DNA from: Verrucomicrobiota bacterium
GTDB lineage: Bacteria > Verrucomicrobiota > Verrucomicrobiia > Limisphaerales > CANJXF01
Length of the DNA: 11,524 nt
Direction of reading: 5' to 3'
NCBI GenBank assembly: GCA_038214755.1
Contig: JBBQRQ010000128.1
Location: 1-11,524, forward strand
Part shown: positions 9,455 through 11,524 of the stretch, one piece after another
Layout of the letters: the number at the start of each line of letters is the position of its first letter
Position numbering within the stretch: the stretch's first letter is position 1
Made by a program: the position numbers and the translations under genes
Notes under the pieces: model-generated
What the model was told of the DNA's origin: nothing
Database searches by the model: none
The model's input: the letters and a program-made list of their open reading frames with translations, nothing else

Positions 9455-9828
9455 ACAACGATTCTTGCTGCGCCAAAACAAAGTTCGCCGTTTATGCCCT
9501 CGCGATTCTCGGCTCGTTTCTCATCATGGCCGCGCTCGCAAAAATGATGCAGAACAAAACCTCGACGGGCGCAGTCGGCACCGACCAGGTCGCGCAACGG
9601 GAAAAAAATCTCGCCACCATGCGCGCTGAAAATGAACAGGCGTTGAAAAATTATGCGTGGCAGGATCAGGGCAAAGGTTTTGTTCGCCTGCCGATTGACC
9701 GCGCCATGGAAATTACTTTGCAGGAATGGCAGGACCCCAAAACGGCCCGATCCAATTTGAATGTTCGCGCTGACAAAGCGGCTGCGCCCGCGCCCAAGCC
9801 GCCGGAGAAACCGAGCGAGTTTGAATAA
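9451..9828 (+). CDS. ActG-like small single-TM subunit (125 aa)
   Basis: ATG at 9451 overlaps the actF stop (ATGA), with SD GGAGGT at 9440-9445. One TM helix followed by LKNYAWQDQGKGFVRLPIDRAME, which resembles the YxWxD..G.VRIPIxxAM motif of ActG-type proteins. Position directly after actF fits. Confidence 0.72.
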   Translation: MNNDSCCAKTKFAVYALAILGSFLIMAALAKMMQNKTSTGAVGTDQVAQREKNLATMRAENEQALKNYAWQDQGKGFVRLPIDRAMEITLQEWQDPKTARSNLNVRADKAAAPAPKPPEKPSEFE

Positions 9829-9843
9829 TTCATCTCTGTTCGC

Positions 9844-11289
9844 ATGAATTCATCGACTCAAGAATTGTCGTCCACGCCCACCGGTTCCTCGCCGGGCGCA
9901 ATTCTTTCCAACGAGGAAATCGATGCATCGTGTCGCGTTCCCGTTTTGATTTTTTTCGCCAGCGCCGCCATCTGGTTTTTGATCAGTGCCATTCTCGGCC
10001 TGATCGTTTCCATCAAATTGCATTCCCCCAATTTTCTCGCGAACTGCGCGTGGCTCACTTACGGACGCATTCGCCCCGTGCAAATGGATTCGCTCCTTTA
10101 CGGTTTCGCCGCGCAAGCCGCGTTCGGCGTTACGCTCTGGTTGTTCTGCCGACTCGGTCGGACACGGATGACCTATCACGCGCTGCCGATTCTCGGCGCG
10201 ATTTTCTGGAATATTGGAGTGAAGGTTGGTTGCCTCGGAATTCTGGCCGGCGACAGCACTGGTTTCGAATGGCTCGAATTTCCCCGCTACGCCTCGCCCA
10301 TTTTGTTTATCGGTTATCTGCTCATTGGCATTTGGGCGGTGCTGATGTTTCACGCGCGCAACAAGCGCCAGCTTTTCCCAACGCAGTGGTATCTGCTCGC
10401 CGCGCTCTTTTGGTTTGCGTGGATTTATTCCGCGGCGAATCTGCTTCTTGTTTTCGCTCCGGTTCGCGGCGTCGTGCAACTGTGCGTTGACGCGTGGTTC
10501 ACCAGCAATCTTCTCAATGTCTGGCTCTCGCTCATCGGTGTCGGAACGATTTTTTATTTTATTCCGAAACTCACCCATCGTCCGCTACACAGTTATTATC
10601 TCGCGTTTGGCGCCTTTTGGGGAATCGCTCTCTTCGGCGGCTGGGGCAATCTCAACGTCAACGCGCCCTTGCCGAGTTGGATTCCTGCGCTGAGCAACAT
10701 CGCCACTGTGATGATGATTTTGCCTCTGACCTGTATCGCTCTGAATCTGTGCCAAACGTTGCCGGGAAATTCTGCGGAAACGAAATCCGATTCCATTCTC
10801 GGGTTTATTCACTTTGGCGCGCGTCTTTTTTTGGTGGCGCAATTGCTGAATGTTCTCCTCGCGTTGCGCCCGCTCAACGATTTTTTTTACTTCACTTATT
10901 TCTCCACCGCGCAAATCCATTTCACCGTTTTGGGATTTTTCGCCAGCGTGATGTTTGGAGCGATCTATTACATCGCCCCGCGCCTCCTGGGAATGGAATC
11001 GCTCCCGGCGAAATCCGTTCGCCGCCATTTCCTCATCTTCGTCGGCGGTATTCTTATTTTTGGTTTGGCGCTTTTGCTGGGCGGAATTTTTCAGGGAATC
11101 GCCTTGCGCCATTCGCAAAAAACTTTTGCCGCGGTCACCAAAACCACTTTGCCATTTCTCCACTTCAGTACGATTGGAAGCTTGCTGATCGTCATCGCTG
11201 GTTTGATTTTTATTTTTAATTTATTTTTGCTCGGCGTCCGGTGCGGGCGCGCGTGGCGCGAAATTAAAAAATCGGAGGCGCGCCTGTGA
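9844..11289 (+). CDS. cbb3-type cytochrome c oxidase subunit I (CcoN)-like membrane protein lacking most heme/CuB ligands; probable pseudoenzyme (481 aa)
   Basis: About 12 hydrophobic segments with CcoN landmarks WLTYGRIRP, GDSTGFEWLEFP, YFIPKLTHRPLHSY, LPSW and GAIYYIAPRL. By manual alignment the ligand His positions read Q80, S221, absent HH and Q357; only H359 is kept. The frame is intact and full length. Confidence 0.85.
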   Translation: MNSSTQELSSTPTGSSPGAILSNEEIDASCRVPVLIFFASAAIWFLISAILGLIVSIKLHSPNFLANCAWLTYGRIRPVQMDSLLYGFAAQAAFGVTLWLFCRLGRTRMTYHALPILGAIFWNIGVKVGCLGILAGDSTGFEWLEFPRYASPILFIGYLLIGIWAVLMFHARNKRQLFPTQWYLLAALFWFAWIYSAANLLLVFAPVRGVVQLCVDAWFTSNLLNVWLSLIGVGTIFYFIPKLTHRPLHSYYLAFGAFWGIALFGGWGNLNVNAPLPSWIPALSNIATVMMILPLTCIALNLCQTLPGNSAETKSDSILGFIHFGARLFLVAQLLNVLLALRPLNDFFYFTYFSTAQIHFTVLGFFASVMFGAIYYIAPRLLGMESLPAKSVRRHFLIFVGGILIFGLALLLGGIFQGIALRHSQKTFAAVTKTTLPFLHFSTIGSLLIVIAGLIFIFNLFLLGVRCGRAWREIKKSEARL

Positions 11290-11318
11290 ATTTCGGCCCG
11301 CTCGGCATGAATCCATTC

Positions 11319-11342
11319 GTAGCCGTCGGCGTGAGGAGGCGG
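11319..11342 (+). repeat. GTAG-type REP-like unit GTAGCCGTCGGCGTGAGGAGGCGG
   Basis: 5' GTAG tetranucleotide followed by an imperfect GC-rich hairpin (CCGTC/GGCGG, one G-T pair). A related copy sits at 1265-1287. Confidence 0.5.
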
Positions 11343-11389
11343 GAACTCGGGCGCTTAACCGGAACGATTCAGTTGGGAAGATCGCTCGC

Positions 11390-11520
11390 CCTCACCCTAA
11401 CCCTCTCCCCCGAGGAGAGGGAACCTGCCCTCAGCACGCGCCATCACTCACTAAACCATGAACATTTTCCAGCGCTGCATAAGATTCTCCCTCTCCTCGG
11501 AGGAGAGGGCCGGGGTGAGG
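11390..11520. repeat. Inverted pair of 33-bp palindromic REP-like repeats (CCTCACCC...CCCTCTCC-N-GGAGAGGG type)
   Basis: 11390-11422 (CCTCACCCTAACCCTCTCCCCCGAGGAGAGGGA) matches the reverse complement of 11488-11520 (CCTCACCCCGGCCCTCTCCTCCGAGGAGAGGGA) at 29/33 positions. Each unit has its own 8-9 bp hairpin, and the spacer is 65 nt. Confidence 0.85.
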
Positions 11521-11524
11521 TCGA

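Larger units (their letters stand above)
11286..11524 (+). other. Possible 5' end of the next operon gene (GTG start, MNFGPL...); frame open to the window end but made largely of repeat sequence
   Basis: SD GGAGG at 11274-11278 and GTG at 11286 overlapping the ccoN-like stop (GTGA). There are 79 codons with no stop before the window ends. Confidence 0.35.

Noticed and set aside
9844..11289. Calling this a functional cbb3 oxidase subunit I or NO reductase, or alternatively a pseudogene
   Set aside because: The metal ligands are missing, so it should not be a functional oxidase or NOR. The frame is intact and full length with structural motifs kept, so there is no direct evidence of pseudogenisation either.
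11390..11520. CRISPR array or Rho-independent terminator
   Set aside because: There are only two units, inverted rather than direct, with no cas genes in the window and no U-tract after the hairpins.

Overview
The window holds a divergent dipeptide epimerase gene (160-1200, - strand) and a tightly coupled respiratory operon on the + strand. The operon encodes a complete alternative complex III (ACIII, quinol:cytochrome c oxidoreductase: actA-B-C-D-E-F plus an actG-like gene). It is followed by a full-length cbb3-type oxidase subunit I (CcoN) homologue that has lost five of the six metal-ligand histidines and the catalytic Tyr. This apparent heme-copper oxidase pseudoenzyme inside an ACIII operon is the most interesting feature. 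A near-perfect Rex/CRP-type palindrome lies upstream of actA. After the ccoN-like gene, a coupled GTG start with a strong SD reads open through two kinds of palindromic REP-like repeat to the window end. The first ~140 nt are a C-rich low-complexity tract that looks like a sequencing or assembly artefact. A Verrucomicrobia-like origin is my impression from gene order and repeats, not something shown here. All motif comparisons were made by eye against recalled family consensus sequences; no search was run.
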